A stretch of DNA of 46,396 nt, taken from Planctomycetota bacterium (GTDB lineage Bacteria; Planctomycetota; UBA8742; UBA2392). Shown here one piece after another: positions 1 through 10,147 of the stretch. The position numbers and the translations under genes were made by a program. Every line of letters begins with the position of its first letter. Within the stretch, counting starts at the first letter, position 1. A model generated the notes under the pieces. The model had not been told where the DNA came from. It searched no databases and saw nothing but the letters and a program-made list of their open reading frames with translations. Location: the NCBI GenBank assembly GCA_020847415.1, contig JADLBZ010000200.1, positions 1 through 46,396 of the forward strand, given 5' to 3'.

Positions 1-100
1 AGAAGCAGTTCGTGATGTGGCCGTCTCGGCCGCAAAAGCAGTTCGTGATGTGGGCGTCCTCGCCCGCAGAAGCAGTTCGTGATGTGGGCGTCCCGCCCGC
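1..100. repeat. Tandem array of three 33-34 nt stem-loop units, truncated by the window edge
   Basis: Units at 1-33, 34-67 and 68-100 share AGCAGTTCGTGATGTGG followed by a short GC hairpin (e.g. GGGCG-TCCT-CGCCC at 52-65). A degenerate related unit lies at 161-197. There are no unique spacers between units. Confidence 0.8.
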
Positions 101-241
101 AAAAACCGCTTCGAACTGCAATCTCTCGCAAAGACGCAGAGCCCGCAGAGAACAGCAACTGCTTTTGTGGCCGGCCGTCCCGGCCGCTGCCGAGAACACA
201 ACCCATGACGAGGATGTCAAAGAGTACCGGTACCCGGGCGC

Positions 242-712
242 TCAGGCTGCAGGTCGGCGGGCCTCGCCTTCGCGGCCCTGGGCCGCGACCGGCACACCGG
301 CCTCGCCGCCATCGTGATCCGGCCCGGCTGATCGCCCTGCTGCCGGGGGCGGCGGGTCGCCGCGGCGGGCCTCGGGCGCCCTGGCTGCGGGTGTCGCAGT
401 CTCATGCTGCGCGGCCGGCTCGCCGGCCATGGCTTCGTCGTGGCAGCGGGTCAGCAGCTCTTCCAGCGCAGCCTGCAGCCGCTGCTGTTCGCGCATGGCG
501 CGCATGGCCTCGGCGGGTTTGACGCGCCACCGGAACTTCTCGGGGCTGTTGTCGCTGCGGGTGCGTTGCAGGTCCTGCTCATAGACATCCAGCGTGCCGT
601 CCAGCAGCCGCTGGGCGCGCTTCAGGCCCTCGCCTCCGCGCATCCGGAACAGCTCTGCCGCACGGGCCAGGCGCTGGTCGTTGTTCTGGGGCACTCGTTG
701 GTTGCGGTTCAT
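242..712 (-). CDS. Hypothetical protein (156 aa): coiled-coil-like N-terminal half, Pro/Ala/Gly-rich tail
   Basis: This is the frame of track ORF 242..913. The internal ATG at 712 is preceded by AAGGAA (complement of 718-723) at 5 nt spacing. No family recognised. Confidence 0.5.
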   Translation of the reverse strand: MNRNQRVPQNNDQRLARAAELFRMRGGEGLKRAQRLLDGTLDVYEQDLQRTRSDNSPEKFRWRVKPAEAMRAMREQQRLQAALEELLTRCHDEAMAGEPAAQHETATPAARAPEARRGDPPPPAAGRSAGPDHDGGEAGVPVAAQGREGEARRPAA

Positions 713-867
713 ACTCGTTCCTTTCGTGGCCCTATTCCTATCACGTGCTGCGACAAAACCGCCGCACACCCGCGCCTGCCACTGCCGCAACCAGCCCGCA
801 CCAGCCAGTTTGTGCTTTTCAAGTGGCCCACTCTGCCGCGCGTTTTTGGCCATGCTAAACAGGCCAC

Positions 868-2676
868 ATGCCCGACGAAGCGCTGCTGGACCCGGTTTCC
901 AACCCCATGTCACGGCTGTTCCGCTACCTGAATCCCATGCGGGGGCGGCTGCTGGTGGCCTCGTGGTGGGCCGTGGTCAACAAGGTGCTGGATCTCGCCC
1001 CGCCCATCCTGGTGGCGTGGCTGATTGACGTGGTGGCGGGCACGGCGCCCTCGTGGCTGCCGGGCTGGCTGGGCATCAGCAGCGCCATGTCGCAGGTGGT
1101 GTTCCTGGCGGTGATGACGGTGGTGGTGTTCGGCCTGGAGAGCCTTTCGCAGTGGGGCTACGCCTATGGCTTCATGACCCTGGCCCAGGACGCCCAGCAT
1201 GCCCTGCGCATGGACGCCTACGCGCGCATGCAGCAGCGCGAGATCCGCTTCTTTGAAGAGCACCGCCTGGGCCGCACCCTGGCCATGCTGAACGACGACG
1301 TGAACCAGCTGGAGCGCTTCCTGAACACCGGCTTCGCCGAGCTGGTGCACCTGGTGGTGCTGGTGCTGTTCGCGGGCAGCGTGCTGTTCGGGCTGAACCC
1401 GCTGCTGGCGCTGGTGGGGCTGATCCCGCTGCCCGTGATTGTGTGGGGCAGCCTGCGCTTCTCGCGCATGCTGGAGCCGCGCTACAGCAAGGTGCGCGAG
1501 TCCGTGGGCGACGTAGCCACGCGCCTCGAGAACAACATCGGCGGCATACTCGTCATCAAGAGCTTCACGGCGGAAAGCTTCGAGCAGCAGCGTGTGGCCC
1601 AGGCCAGCGACGCCTACCGCCGCGCCAACCGCAACGCCATCAAGCTCAGCACGGTGTTTACGCCGCTGATTCGCATGGCCATTGCGCTCGGCTTTGCCGC
1701 CGTGATTGTGCTGGGCGGCTGGTGGGCCATGCAGGGCAAGGTAAGCCCCGGCGAACTGGTGCTGTTCTGCATGATGATCCAGCGCCTGCTGTGGCCGCTG
1801 ACCCGCCTGGGCTCGACCTTTGACGAGTACCAGCGCGCCCGAGCCGGCGCCTCTCGCGTCTTCAGCCTCTTGAACACCCCGCCCCGCATTGCCGACCCCG
1901 CCCAGCCGGCAGCCCTGGGCCGCGCCCGCGGCGAGGTCGAGTTCGACAACGTGGTCTTTCGCTATCGCGACCGCGAACCCGTGCTGAACGGGCTCTCCTT
2001 CAAGGTTGCTGCGGGCGAGATGGTGGGCATTGCCGGCCCCACGGGTGCCGGCAAAAGCACACTGATCAAGCTGTTGTTGCGGCTGTACGACGTGAACGGC
2101 GGCGCCGTGAAGATTGACAACCACGACGTGCGTGCTTTGGCCCAGCTGGACCTGCGCCGCCAGATCGCGCTGGTCAGCCAGGATGTGTTCCTGTTTCACG
2201 GAACGATCCGCGAGAACATTGCCTATCCGGGCGTGGACGTGCCGCTGGAGAAGGTGACTGAGGCCGCCACCCACGCGCACTTTCATGAGTTCGTGCAGAC
2301 TTTGCCCCAGGGTTACGACACGCTGGTGGGCGAGCGCGGGATCAAGCTCTCGGGCGGCCAGCGCCAGCGCCTGAGCATTGCCCGCGCGCTGCTGAAGGAC
2401 GCGCCCATTCTTGTGCTGGACGAAGCCACCAGCAGCGTGGACACCGAGACCGAGCGCATTATCCAGCAGAACCTGAGCGAGCTGGTTACGGGCCGCACGG
2501 CACTGGTGATTGCGCACCGCCTGAGCACGATCCGCAACGCGGACCGCATCCTGGTGCTGAAAGACGGCGTGCTGGCGGAAGAGGGCGACCACGACGCGCT
2601 GGTGGCCGCGGGCGGCACCTACGCCGACCTGTGGGCAGTGCAAAGCGGATCATCAGCCACCCCCGCCCAGGCGTAG
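868..2676 (+). CDS. ABC transporter, fused permease/ATPase (MsbA/multidrug-exporter type)
   Basis: 602-aa ORF with an N-terminal multi-TM half. Motifs seen: Walker A GPTGAGKST, ABC signature LSGGQRQRLSIARA, Walker B ILVLDEATS, H-loop IAHRLST. The start could instead be the ATG at 907. Confidence 0.9.
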   Translation: MPDEALLDPVSNPMSRLFRYLNPMRGRLLVASWWAVVNKVLDLAPPILVAWLIDVVAGTAPSWLPGWLGISSAMSQVVFLAVMTVVVFGLESLSQWGYAYGFMTLAQDAQHALRMDAYARMQQREIRFFEEHRLGRTLAMLNDDVNQLERFLNTGFAELVHLVVLVLFAGSVLFGLNPLLALVGLIPLPVIVWGSLRFSRMLEPRYSKVRESVGDVATRLENNIGGILVIKSFTAESFEQQRVAQASDAYRRANRNAIKLSTVFTPLIRMAIALGFAAVIVLGGWWAMQGKVSPGELVLFCMMIQRLLWPLTRLGSTFDEYQRARAGASRVFSLLNTPPRIADPAQPAALGRARGEVEFDNVVFRYRDREPVLNGLSFKVAAGEMVGIAGPTGAGKSTLIKLLLRLYDVNGGAVKIDNHDVRALAQLDLRRQIALVSQDVFLFHGTIRENIAYPGVDVPLEKVTEAATHAHFHEFVQTLPQGYDTLVGERGIKLSGGQRQRLSIARALLKDAPILVLDEATSSVDTETERIIQQNLSELVTGRTALVIAHRLSTIRNADRILVLKDGVLAEEGDHDALVAAGGTYADLWAVQSGSSATPAQA

Positions 2677-2815
2677 TTGTGGCGTGGGGCTGCGCAGCGG
2701 CCCCCACCACCGTGCTTGACCGCAGCCGCCTGCCAGCCGCACAATCACCCTGCCCCGCCCAAACCCGCGCCCGCCCGGGCCGTTTATACCCAGTGGCTGG
2801 CCAATGGAGGCTGTC

Positions 2816-4495
2816 ATGCCGCGAACTGCCCTGTGTGTCCTGTGCGCCCTGCTGGCCGCCTTGGCGGCGGCAGCGGCCCTGCTGGGCCCCTCGCCCGCCG
2901 CGGCACAAGAGGTCGCCAAGGGTGCGGTCACCATCGGCACCGGCGAGAAGCCCGTGGGTACCATCCGCTGCACCGTGCGCATGCTGGGGGCTGATGCCGC
3001 CCTGGCCGAATTCAAGTTGCTCACGCTGGCGCGCTTCTCCGATGGCACCCTGGCCACCCACGAGGCCCTCACCACCGAGGATGGCCAGCTTGTCCTGACC
3101 CTGCTGCAGAAGCCCGCCGAGCTGCGCGTCTTCGCTTTCGGCGAGTACACCGTGCCCGACGCCTGGGCGACTCTGCCGCTGCAGCGCATGTCGTTCGAAA
3201 AGGAAGAAAGCTGGGAGGTGCGCGTGCGCCCCCTGCGCAACGTGCGGCTGTCGGGCAAGGTCACCATCGGGGCCACGGGCAAGCCCGCGCCGCGCGCCAA
3301 CGTGATGATCGCCCCCCTCGATGTTGCCCAGGACGGCACCACCCAGCTCTTTGACCAGCCGCTGGGCACCATGACCGCCGAGGACGGCACCTTCTCCATG
3401 GACCTGCCCACGGGCTACTACAGCGTGTGGTCCTATTGGGCCGACCGCAGCGGCGATGACTGGATCGGGCACATCAAAGTGGTCGGCAAGCTCGACCTGT
3501 TCGGCGAGCGCACCCTGGACATGGCTGTGCTGGAGGGGCCGGTTCTGAAGGGCAAAGTCGTGGACGCACGCACCGGCGAGGGGCTGGCTGCGAACATTGA
3601 CCTGTACAGCAACCAGTACCTGCGCCAGTTGCGCAACCCCACCGCCGACGGCCAGATGGCGGACGAGTACGACGCCCAGGGCAACGAGGTGATCTGGCCG
3701 GTGGGTACCTTCAAGGTGCGGGCCTGGATGGTGGACCCGGAGGATTTTACGGCGGTCATCCGCCCCCAGGGCAACGACCGCGTGCTGAAGGTGATCCCCA
3801 ACCTGAAGGCCTCCGAACTGGCGGGCAAGGAGATCATCTGGAAGCTCTACACCGAGGACATGCCGGTGCTGGACGTTTCGGTCGTCACCCACAAGCACGA
3901 CCTGCCCGTAAACGAGCTGGACGTGCAGTTGCTGCCCAAGAAGATCGAGGCGCCCGCGCACATCCGCCAGAGCTACACCGCGGGAGGCATCACCGGCGAG
4001 AGGGGCGAACTGCGCTTCATTGGCCTGGCTCCCGGCAAGTATGAGGCCTACGGCGCGCGCGGCAGCGTGCTGCTGGGCGAGCTGGAGGTGACCCGCGCCG
4101 CGGCCCAGACCGCCACCCTGAAGTTCGAGATTCCCTTTGCGGTGGGAACCGTGAAGCTGGCGGACGGTACGGCATGCCGCAACCTGGTGGTGTTCATCCG
4201 CATGGTGAACGCCGAGGGCCGCGAGTTCGGGCCCTTCTCCAGCGACGCCTTCCGCGACAACCCGGTGCTGCGCGAGCAGGGCAAGGTGTTCGTGCCGCTC
4301 ACCCAGCGCGGGGCCACTTTCAAGCTGGTGTTTGCCGCCATGGAGGGCGGACGCGCGTTCAAGGAAGAAGAATGGGCGGGCCTGAGCGCGTTCCACCTGG
4401 CCACCGACGAAGTCTCGTTCAAGGTGGACAGCGAGGAGGCCTTTGCCGTGGACCTGACGCTGAAGGCCAACCCGCAATACAAGAAAGAAGGGTAG
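2816..4495 (+). CDS. Exported protein with CarboxypepD_reg-like beta-sandwich repeats
   Basis: The ATG at 2816 lies 5 nt after GGAGG (2806-2810). Signal-peptide-like N-terminus (ALCVLCALLAALAAAAALL...AAAQ). Repeats of the type LSGKVTIGATGKPAPRANV...DGTFSM and LKGKVVDARTGEGLAANIDL. Confidence 0.75.
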   Translation: MPRTALCVLCALLAALAAAAALLGPSPAAAQEVAKGAVTIGTGEKPVGTIRCTVRMLGADAALAEFKLLTLARFSDGTLATHEALTTEDGQLVLTLLQKPAELRVFAFGEYTVPDAWATLPLQRMSFEKEESWEVRVRPLRNVRLSGKVTIGATGKPAPRANVMIAPLDVAQDGTTQLFDQPLGTMTAEDGTFSMDLPTGYYSVWSYWADRSGDDWIGHIKVVGKLDLFGERTLDMAVLEGPVLKGKVVDARTGEGLAANIDLYSNQYLRQLRNPTADGQMADEYDAQGNEVIWPVGTFKVRAWMVDPEDFTAVIRPQGNDRVLKVIPNLKASELAGKEIIWKLYTEDMPVLDVSVVTHKHDLPVNELDVQLLPKKIEAPAHIRQSYTAGGITGERGELRFIGLAPGKYEAYGARGSVLLGELEVTRAAAQTATLKFEIPFAVGTVKLADGTACRNLVVFIRMVNAEGREFGPFSSDAFRDNPVLREQGKVFVPLTQRGATFKLVFAAMEGGRAFKEEEWAGLSAFHLATDEVSFKVDSEEAFAVDLTLKANPQYKKEG

Positions 4496-4644
4496 CCGGG
4501 CGCCGGGCTGCCACCCGCTGCAGCGGTGTGAAAGCGCCGCTGGAGTAACGGGCCCACGGAGAACAACAAGGCGATTGTCCCGTAGCTCTGCTTTGCCCCG
4601 CTTTTCGCGCCCCTTGCCACCCTTGCGCCCTGGCGTGAAATGCT

Positions 4645-4808
4645 GCTGCAGTTTGTGGCGTGGCCGTCCCGGCCCGCGTGCCGCTGCCGTTCGTGATGCG
4701 GGCGTCCTCGCCCGCACTGCCGTTGTCGTCGGCAGTTCTCTGTTACTCAGTAACTCGGTTTTCAAACGCAGTTGCCGTTCTTCGCCATCTTCGCTTCAGC
4801 AGTTGCCG
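4645..4808. repeat. Degenerate array of about 31-37 nt GCAGTT/GCCGTT-initiated units with GC hairpins, same family as 1-100
   Basis: Best unit is GCCGTTCGTGATGCGGGCGTCCTCGCCCGC (4686-4715), containing a perfect 7-bp stem GCGGGCG-TCCT-CGCCCGC (4698-4715). A GGCCG-TCC-CGGCC hairpin lies at 4662-4674. GCAGTT or GCCGTT recurs at 4648, 4686, 4719, 4733, 4768 and 4799. Confidence 0.7.
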
Positions 4809-4911
4809 CCCCATTGCCGGGCGCGCAGAGCCCCCGCCGGCGGCGTCCGAACAGGACGGAGATTTGTTTCGTGTGCACGAAGGAGGCAGGTAACCTGTCT
4901 GCGGAGACTGC

Positions 4912-7137
4912 ATGCGCGGGCGAACCCTGCTGATCGTGCTTCCGGTGCTGCTGCTTCTGGCTGCCTTGGCGGCCTGGCTGATGCTTGCGCCGGGCGAATC
5001 GCGCCCCGCGCGCCCCAATGCCGGTGGCGCACAAGTGCCCGTGGCAAAGGCCGCTCCCCCTGCCGTCGCGCCGGCCGAATTGCCGCCGGCAGCCGCAGAA
5101 AGCACGCCGCTGCCCCTGGCACCCGCCGGAACAGAAGGCTCCGCGCCTGAAGCCCAGCCCTCCCAGCCGGCGGGCGCCACGCCGGCAAGCCCCGGCGGCG
5201 GCACTCAGCCGTCAAGCCCCGGGACGAACCCCCCACGCCGGGCACCCGGCAACATCAGACAGGATCCCCCGCGCAACCTGACGCCTGCGGAGCGTGAAGA
5301 GCAGGCCCGCATCAACGGCGGCCGCGCCCGTCACGAGCGCGAGGTGGGTCTCACGCCCGCCGTTGCCGAGCGCAACCAGCCTGCCCTGCGCAAGAGCCTG
5401 AAGCCCGACGAATGGAAGCAGGCCTTCCGTGACGAGGGCCTGGAAGCACCTGAGATGACGCCCACGCCGGTCACCGGCAAGCTGATGTCCCCCATCTCGC
5501 GCGAGGGAATCGCCGACGCCAGCCTGCGAATGATCTCGTTCCTGCCCCTGAACAACCAGCCGGGCGGCGCGCTTTATCCGGTGATAACGGACCTTCGCAC
5601 GGACGCCCTGGGCAACTTCAGTGGCCAGATCCCGGCGCCCCTGCGTGCCCCCCAGGGCCACCCCACCCTGGGCATTGCCGTGGACCTGGTGCAGCCCGTG
5701 GACGCCAACCAGGACCCGACGCTGACCGGCCTGGGCAATCGCATCCTGGCCGGCTACCCCATCGCCGCCCTTCGCCCCGGTGAAACCAACGCCCTGGGCA
5801 TCCTGTGGGCGCCCGAGACGCCCTTTGACGTGGACTGCGACGCCGGCCAGTTCAACTATGCCGCCGGGAAGCTGGTGCTGTGCTGCACCGGCGAACTGGA
5901 CCCGCAGCGCTGGCACCCGGTCCGGGCCGCCGCGCTGCTGGCCGAGTTCCCGCAGGTGGCAGTGCCCGCCGAGGCGCAAGACCCCGCTCGCCGCGGCCGC
6001 ACGCTGCTGCGCAGCACCTGGGACGGCAGCGACGCGCCCTTCGTGACCCTGCTGGAGTCGGGCTCGCCCCTGCAGACGCGCCGCTGCGCGCGGCCGCGCC
6101 AGAAGTCGGAGTCCTCGGACTCCAAGGCCATCGAGATTCCCCGGCCTTTCGACGTGCTGGTCTTTGAGAACGCCGGATACACAGCCATCACCGGCCAGGT
6201 CGTGGACGCCGACGGAGCACCCGTGGCCGGCGCGGTGGTGGAAACCCTGGGCGACCCCACGCCGCAACGGGCACTCACCGACGGCTCGGGCTGGTTTACC
6301 GTTGCGCAGCCGGGCAAGGCAGTCAGCGCCCTGCGCTTCAGCCATGACGACTTCATCACCCAGGAGAAGTCAGGCGTCACCCCCGGCGCCTCGGGCGTGC
6401 TGCTGGCGTTTGCCAACCGCAAGCCCGTATTGTGGTTCACCCTGCGTGATTCGCGCAGCCAGGCCTTGTTGACTTCTGTGACTCTTGAGCTGCACGAGGC
6501 CGCATCCAACAGCCAGGCCATCAAGGCGCGCACCGAGACGCGCGAGCTGACCAGCGCCACGGGCGAGTACGTGGTGAAGGCGGAGTTCCTGCTGCATTCG
6601 GTGGCCCTGCAGAAGGTGGGCTACTTCCCGCGCACCGTGCAAAACCCGCAAGCGGCACAGGCCGCAGCCGCCGGGCCCATGGCGCTGGTGCTGGCGCCGG
6701 GACGCGAGCTGACCGTGAGACCGCGCGACTACACCGCGGTGGAAGACGCCGAGCGCTGGTTCCCCGACAGCAAGCCTGAGGACCCGGGCATCTACACCGC
6801 GTGGCAGACCCACTGGATTGAGTGGCAGGTCGAGTTCGGCGCCCAGCCGGAGCCCGGCGTGGAAGGCGGCAGCTTTGACCTGCTGCTGGGCTGCACCAAC
6901 CACGGCATTGTGGACAACGACTATCAATTCGCGGTGGACGTGTACGTGGACGGCCAGAAGAAGGGAAGCCTCAGCATTCTGGCCGACAGCCTGCACGAGC
7001 AAACCGGGCGGCTGGCCCTGGGCAAACTGGCGGGCGCGCACACCATCCGGCTGGTGTGGACCAACGACAAGTGGATCCCGGACCAGTTGGACGCGAACAT
7101 TCGCTACGCAAGCATGAAGTTCCTGGAGCAGCCGTAG
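4912..7137 (+). CDS. Membrane-anchored 741-aa protein: N-terminal TM helix, Pro/Ala-rich linker, CarboxypepD_reg-like domain, C-terminal CBM-like beta-sandwich
   Basis: GGAG lies 5 nt upstream of the ATG. TM segment LLIVLPVLLLLAALAAWLML. Repeat ITGQVVDADGAPVAGAVVETLGD...DGSGWFTV. The jelly-roll-like C-terminus (HTIRLVWTNDKW...IRYASMKF) is a by-eye call only. Confidence 0.75.
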   Translation: MRGRTLLIVLPVLLLLAALAAWLMLAPGESRPARPNAGGAQVPVAKAAPPAVAPAELPPAAAESTPLPLAPAGTEGSAPEAQPSQPAGATPASPGGGTQPSSPGTNPPRRAPGNIRQDPPRNLTPAEREEQARINGGRARHEREVGLTPAVAERNQPALRKSLKPDEWKQAFRDEGLEAPEMTPTPVTGKLMSPISREGIADASLRMISFLPLNNQPGGALYPVITDLRTDALGNFSGQIPAPLRAPQGHPTLGIAVDLVQPVDANQDPTLTGLGNRILAGYPIAALRPGETNALGILWAPETPFDVDCDAGQFNYAAGKLVLCCTGELDPQRWHPVRAAALLAEFPQVAVPAEAQDPARRGRTLLRSTWDGSDAPFVTLLESGSPLQTRRCARPRQKSESSDSKAIEIPRPFDVLVFENAGYTAITGQVVDADGAPVAGAVVETLGDPTPQRALTDGSGWFTVAQPGKAVSALRFSHDDFITQEKSGVTPGASGVLLAFANRKPVLWFTLRDSRSQALLTSVTLELHEAASNSQAIKARTETRELTSATGEYVVKAEFLLHSVALQKVGYFPRTVQNPQAAQAAAAGPMALVLAPGRELTVRPRDYTAVEDAERWFPDSKPEDPGIYTAWQTHWIEWQVEFGAQPEPGVEGGSFDLLLGCTNHGIVDNDYQFAVDVYVDGQKKGSLSILADSLHEQTGRLALGKLAGAHTIRLVWTNDKWIPDQLDANIRYASMKFLEQP

Positions 7138-7258
7138 CAGGCTGTCTAAGGACCCCCGCGCGCGCCGGCTGCACACACCGGACAGTTCAGTCTGAAATTA
7201 ACTCACCCGCGTTGCGCCCATGTTAAAAGGCACGCGCCCAACCTGCACAGAGGACTCC

Positions 7259-10147
7259 ATGACTGACGCCAATGCACAGGCCAGCCGCCGCAACAAGCGG
7301 CTTGCCGGCGGTTTCGTCGCCCTGGTGGTGGCTGCCGTCATCATCTGGCTGCTCATGCAGCGCTGCCATCCGGTTGAGACGCCCCAAGGCCCGTTCCCGT
7401 TTGACTACTTCCGCGTGAAGGCCGAGGAACTGGGCCGCGACCCCGTGCGCATCAAGGAGTTTGTGGCTGGCCTGACAACGCTGGACTACCAGGGCGACCG
7501 CAAGGGCCCCCTGGGCTGCCTGTGGGACGGCGGCGGCAGCGCCGAGGAGAAGGCGCTGGTGGAAGACGCGCTGATCCAGTGCTGCGACCCCATGGTGGCT
7601 GCACCGGCCCTGTACAACGGGGCGGCAACCAACAAGGCTGCCACGCTGGATGTGCGCCTGAATGTGGAGCGCGCCGGCGGCACCGACGCCAAGGGCATGC
7701 AGACCACCGCGGGTGCGCTGCTGGGCAACGTGCACAGCCTGGAGTTCCCCGCCGAGAACAAGGCCCGCCTGACCCTGCGGCCCTACCGCAGCGAGCCGGT
7801 GGTGATTGAGGTGGACACCGCCGGGGCCGAGGCCCTGAGCCTGAGCTTCCTTGAGGAAGGCGGCCGGTCCAGCGAGCGCGAGTTCTGGCACCGCAAGAAC
7901 CGCGTGGGCTACGCCAACGGCTATCCCGGCGACCGTCACGACTTCGTGGTGCTGCCCGCGCGAGTCGGCAAGTACGTGCGCGAGAAAGAGGAGCTGCGCC
8001 TGAAGGAGGCCGGGCGCGACCCGGCCCAGGACCAGGCCGCCCAAGCCTACCTGACGCTGCTGGACTGGTGCCTCGACAGCGACGCCGAGCTGGAGAAGAT
8101 CGAGAAACGCTTTGCCGTGCGCGCCCAGTTTGACCGGCCCCGCATCGTCTTCCTGGGCCGCCACGAAGGCCCGATCGCCAAACAGCCGCTGCTGACCCTG
8201 GACCTGCGCCAGGACAACGTGCGTTTTGCCGGCGAGGCCGGGCCGGCTCGCGCCGCCACCGAGTGCCGCAGCCGCCTGGAGAGCGCGCTGGAGCAGATGT
8301 TCCTGGAGCGCATCACCAAGAAGCCCTCGAACTCGGCCTTCAGCATCTTCAGCAGTATCAGCGAGGATTATCCCAACAGCGTGGACCGCCGCCTGCGCCG
8401 CGCCCAGCAGGTGCTTTCGGCCCTCAAGCCCGGCGAGAAAGCCCACTTTGCGGCGGCCGGCCGCAACGATGTAAAGGCAACCGTGGAACGCACCGCGCAG
8501 CAGAAGCTGCGCCTGACCGCGGGCGCCATCCGGCCGGAATTCGCGCAGGCGCTGGCGGCCACCGAGGGCGCGATCCGGCTGCCCGCCGGCAAGCCCCTGG
8601 ACGAACAGTTCGACGAAGCCGCGGCGGCCTCGGGCGCGCTGGAAGTGGCGCTGGCCGGGCAGCCCGCCGAGCCGCCCCTGGGGCCGGGCTTTGTGCTGGA
8701 CGTGCGCCTGGAGCTGCAGCCGCTTTCGCTGGTGGCCGGAGGCGCCGGCTTCTCGTTCCGCTGGGGCGAGGGCGACAGCCGCACCGAGCAGGACATCCGC
8801 GTGGTGGACTGCAAGTCCGGCTTGTCGCTGGAGTGGCGTGTGCACGCGGGGCTGCGCCCCGCCAAGGGAAAGCGCGTGATCTCGGCGGCGGCACTGGATT
8901 TGGCGGCTGTTCACAATCCCTGGTACCTGGCCGGCGAGACGGACCCGCAGGAGGCCACGTCGTTTGTGGTTTCGCGGGCGGTGTATGCGGCCCTGAAGGC
9001 CGGCAAGGCAGCGCCCATTGGCCTGTGCGGCCGCTATGGCGCCAACGACGACCACCAGGGCCCGCGGCCCGTCGAGTGGCAGGGCGAGCTGCAGCCGGCC
9101 GGCGAAGGCGAGATCACCGTGAAAGTGAACAACCGCGACGAGAAGCTGCGCGTGCTGCGGGCCAAACTGGGCGACGACACCGTGGCCTTTTTGGACGACG
9201 CGCGCTTCCCGGTCGGCATGGCGGACCGCCTGGTGGAGGTGCACACCACCATTCGCTGCCTGCTGGTGGACCAGCGCGGCGCCCCGGTACCGGGCGCCCG
9301 AGGGGTTGTGGAGGACGTTGAGCTGGAGAGCCGCCTGGACGGCATACTGGAGCTGGCGCCCCGCCCCGGCAAGTACGGCAAGCTGACGTTGCAGATCACG
9401 CTTAACGAGTTGCAGGCCCAGAAGGTGGAGGTGGATCTGTCCGCACCGGGCCTTTCGCCGGTGAAGGTGACCGTGGACCGGCCGCTGACCGAGCTGCTGT
9501 GGCTGGAGCCCTCGCAGGCCGCGCAACTGGATGCCTTGCCGGTCTCGGACCAGGTCAAGCGCCACGCGCGGCGCGACCTGCAGCGCGGCCGCTGCGTGCT
9601 GATTCCCAGCCGCATGGTGGGCGCCTGGCCCCGCCGGACGATTGCCTATTACGCCTACGAGCCCGAATGCGGGTACTCCGTGGGCATCATGGAGCACGGC
9701 CTGTGCGGCGCCGACCCGTTCATCAGCGACCACCTTATGGACGAGTTCAAGAAGGCGGCGGAAGAGAAGCTGGAAGAGGGAATGCAGGAAAAGCTGACCG
9801 TGGACCCCATGGCGGCCTTCCATTGCTTCCGGGGTGCCGTGATCTCGTGGTGGGTGTACAGCGCCTATCGCGTCGAGGGCGACAGCCACACCCAGGCGGT
9901 GCTTCGCGCCCTGAAAGACATGGAGTACTGGGCCGACCAGACCGACTTCTTCCATCATGCGGGGCAGGAGGCCGGCAATCTCATGGGCAACGAGTGGGCC
10001 GGCGGGCAAGCAGCCGACCAGCTTCGCGAACTGGCCAGCAAGGCCATCTTCGGCGCCGGCAGCCAGGAGATGTCCAAGAAGGCCTTTATGCTGGGCTATG
10101 TGTGCGGCCTGCTGTACCTGGCGTCTGAGCTTGGGGAGGGCGAATAA
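7259..10147 (+). CDS. Large membrane-anchored hypothetical protein (962 aa)
   Basis: The ATG at 7259 lies 4 nt after GAGGA (7250-7254). N-terminal TM segment GGFVALVVAAVIIWLLM. One CarboxypepD_reg-like segment (RCLLVDQRGAPVPGARGVV). Hydrophobic C-terminus. No confident family call. Confidence 0.75.
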   Translation: MTDANAQASRRNKRLAGGFVALVVAAVIIWLLMQRCHPVETPQGPFPFDYFRVKAEELGRDPVRIKEFVAGLTTLDYQGDRKGPLGCLWDGGGSAEEKALVEDALIQCCDPMVAAPALYNGAATNKAATLDVRLNVERAGGTDAKGMQTTAGALLGNVHSLEFPAENKARLTLRPYRSEPVVIEVDTAGAEALSLSFLEEGGRSSEREFWHRKNRVGYANGYPGDRHDFVVLPARVGKYVREKEELRLKEAGRDPAQDQAAQAYLTLLDWCLDSDAELEKIEKRFAVRAQFDRPRIVFLGRHEGPIAKQPLLTLDLRQDNVRFAGEAGPARAATECRSRLESALEQMFLERITKKPSNSAFSIFSSISEDYPNSVDRRLRRAQQVLSALKPGEKAHFAAAGRNDVKATVERTAQQKLRLTAGAIRPEFAQALAATEGAIRLPAGKPLDEQFDEAAAASGALEVALAGQPAEPPLGPGFVLDVRLELQPLSLVAGGAGFSFRWGEGDSRTEQDIRVVDCKSGLSLEWRVHAGLRPAKGKRVISAAALDLAAVHNPWYLAGETDPQEATSFVVSRAVYAALKAGKAAPIGLCGRYGANDDHQGPRPVEWQGELQPAGEGEITVKVNNRDEKLRVLRAKLGDDTVAFLDDARFPVGMADRLVEVHTTIRCLLVDQRGAPVPGARGVVEDVELESRLDGILELAPRPGKYGKLTLQITLNELQAQKVEVDLSAPGLSPVKVTVDRPLTELLWLEPSQAAQLDALPVSDQVKRHARRDLQRGRCVLIPSRMVGAWPRRTIAYYAYEPECGYSVGIMEHGLCGADPFISDHLMDEFKKAAEEKLEEGMQEKLTVDPMAAFHCFRGAVISWWVYSAYRVEGDSHTQAVLRALKDMEYWADQTDFFHHAGQEAGNLMGNEWAGGQAADQLRELASKAIFGAGSQEMSKKAFMLGYVCGLLYLASELGEGE

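Noticed and set aside
1-100. Possible CRISPR array (regular 33-34 nt repeats with hairpins); the same question applies to 27115..27317.
   Set aside because: The units abut directly, or the inter-repeat segments are themselves repeated. There are no unique spacers and no cas genes in the window.
910-2643. A 577-aa ORF antisense to the ABC transporter gene. Similar very long antisense or alternative-frame ORFs occur at 2486..4765(-), 7223..10009(-), 15912..17501(-), 21126..23846(+), 27430..29004(+), 35826..36566(+) and 38467..40188(+).
   Set aside because: These are typical high-GC artefacts, because stop codons are rare in off-frames. Their translations are Arg/Ala/Gly/His/Gln-rich with no motifs. 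The opposite or other frame carries clear family signatures and SD-preceded starts.
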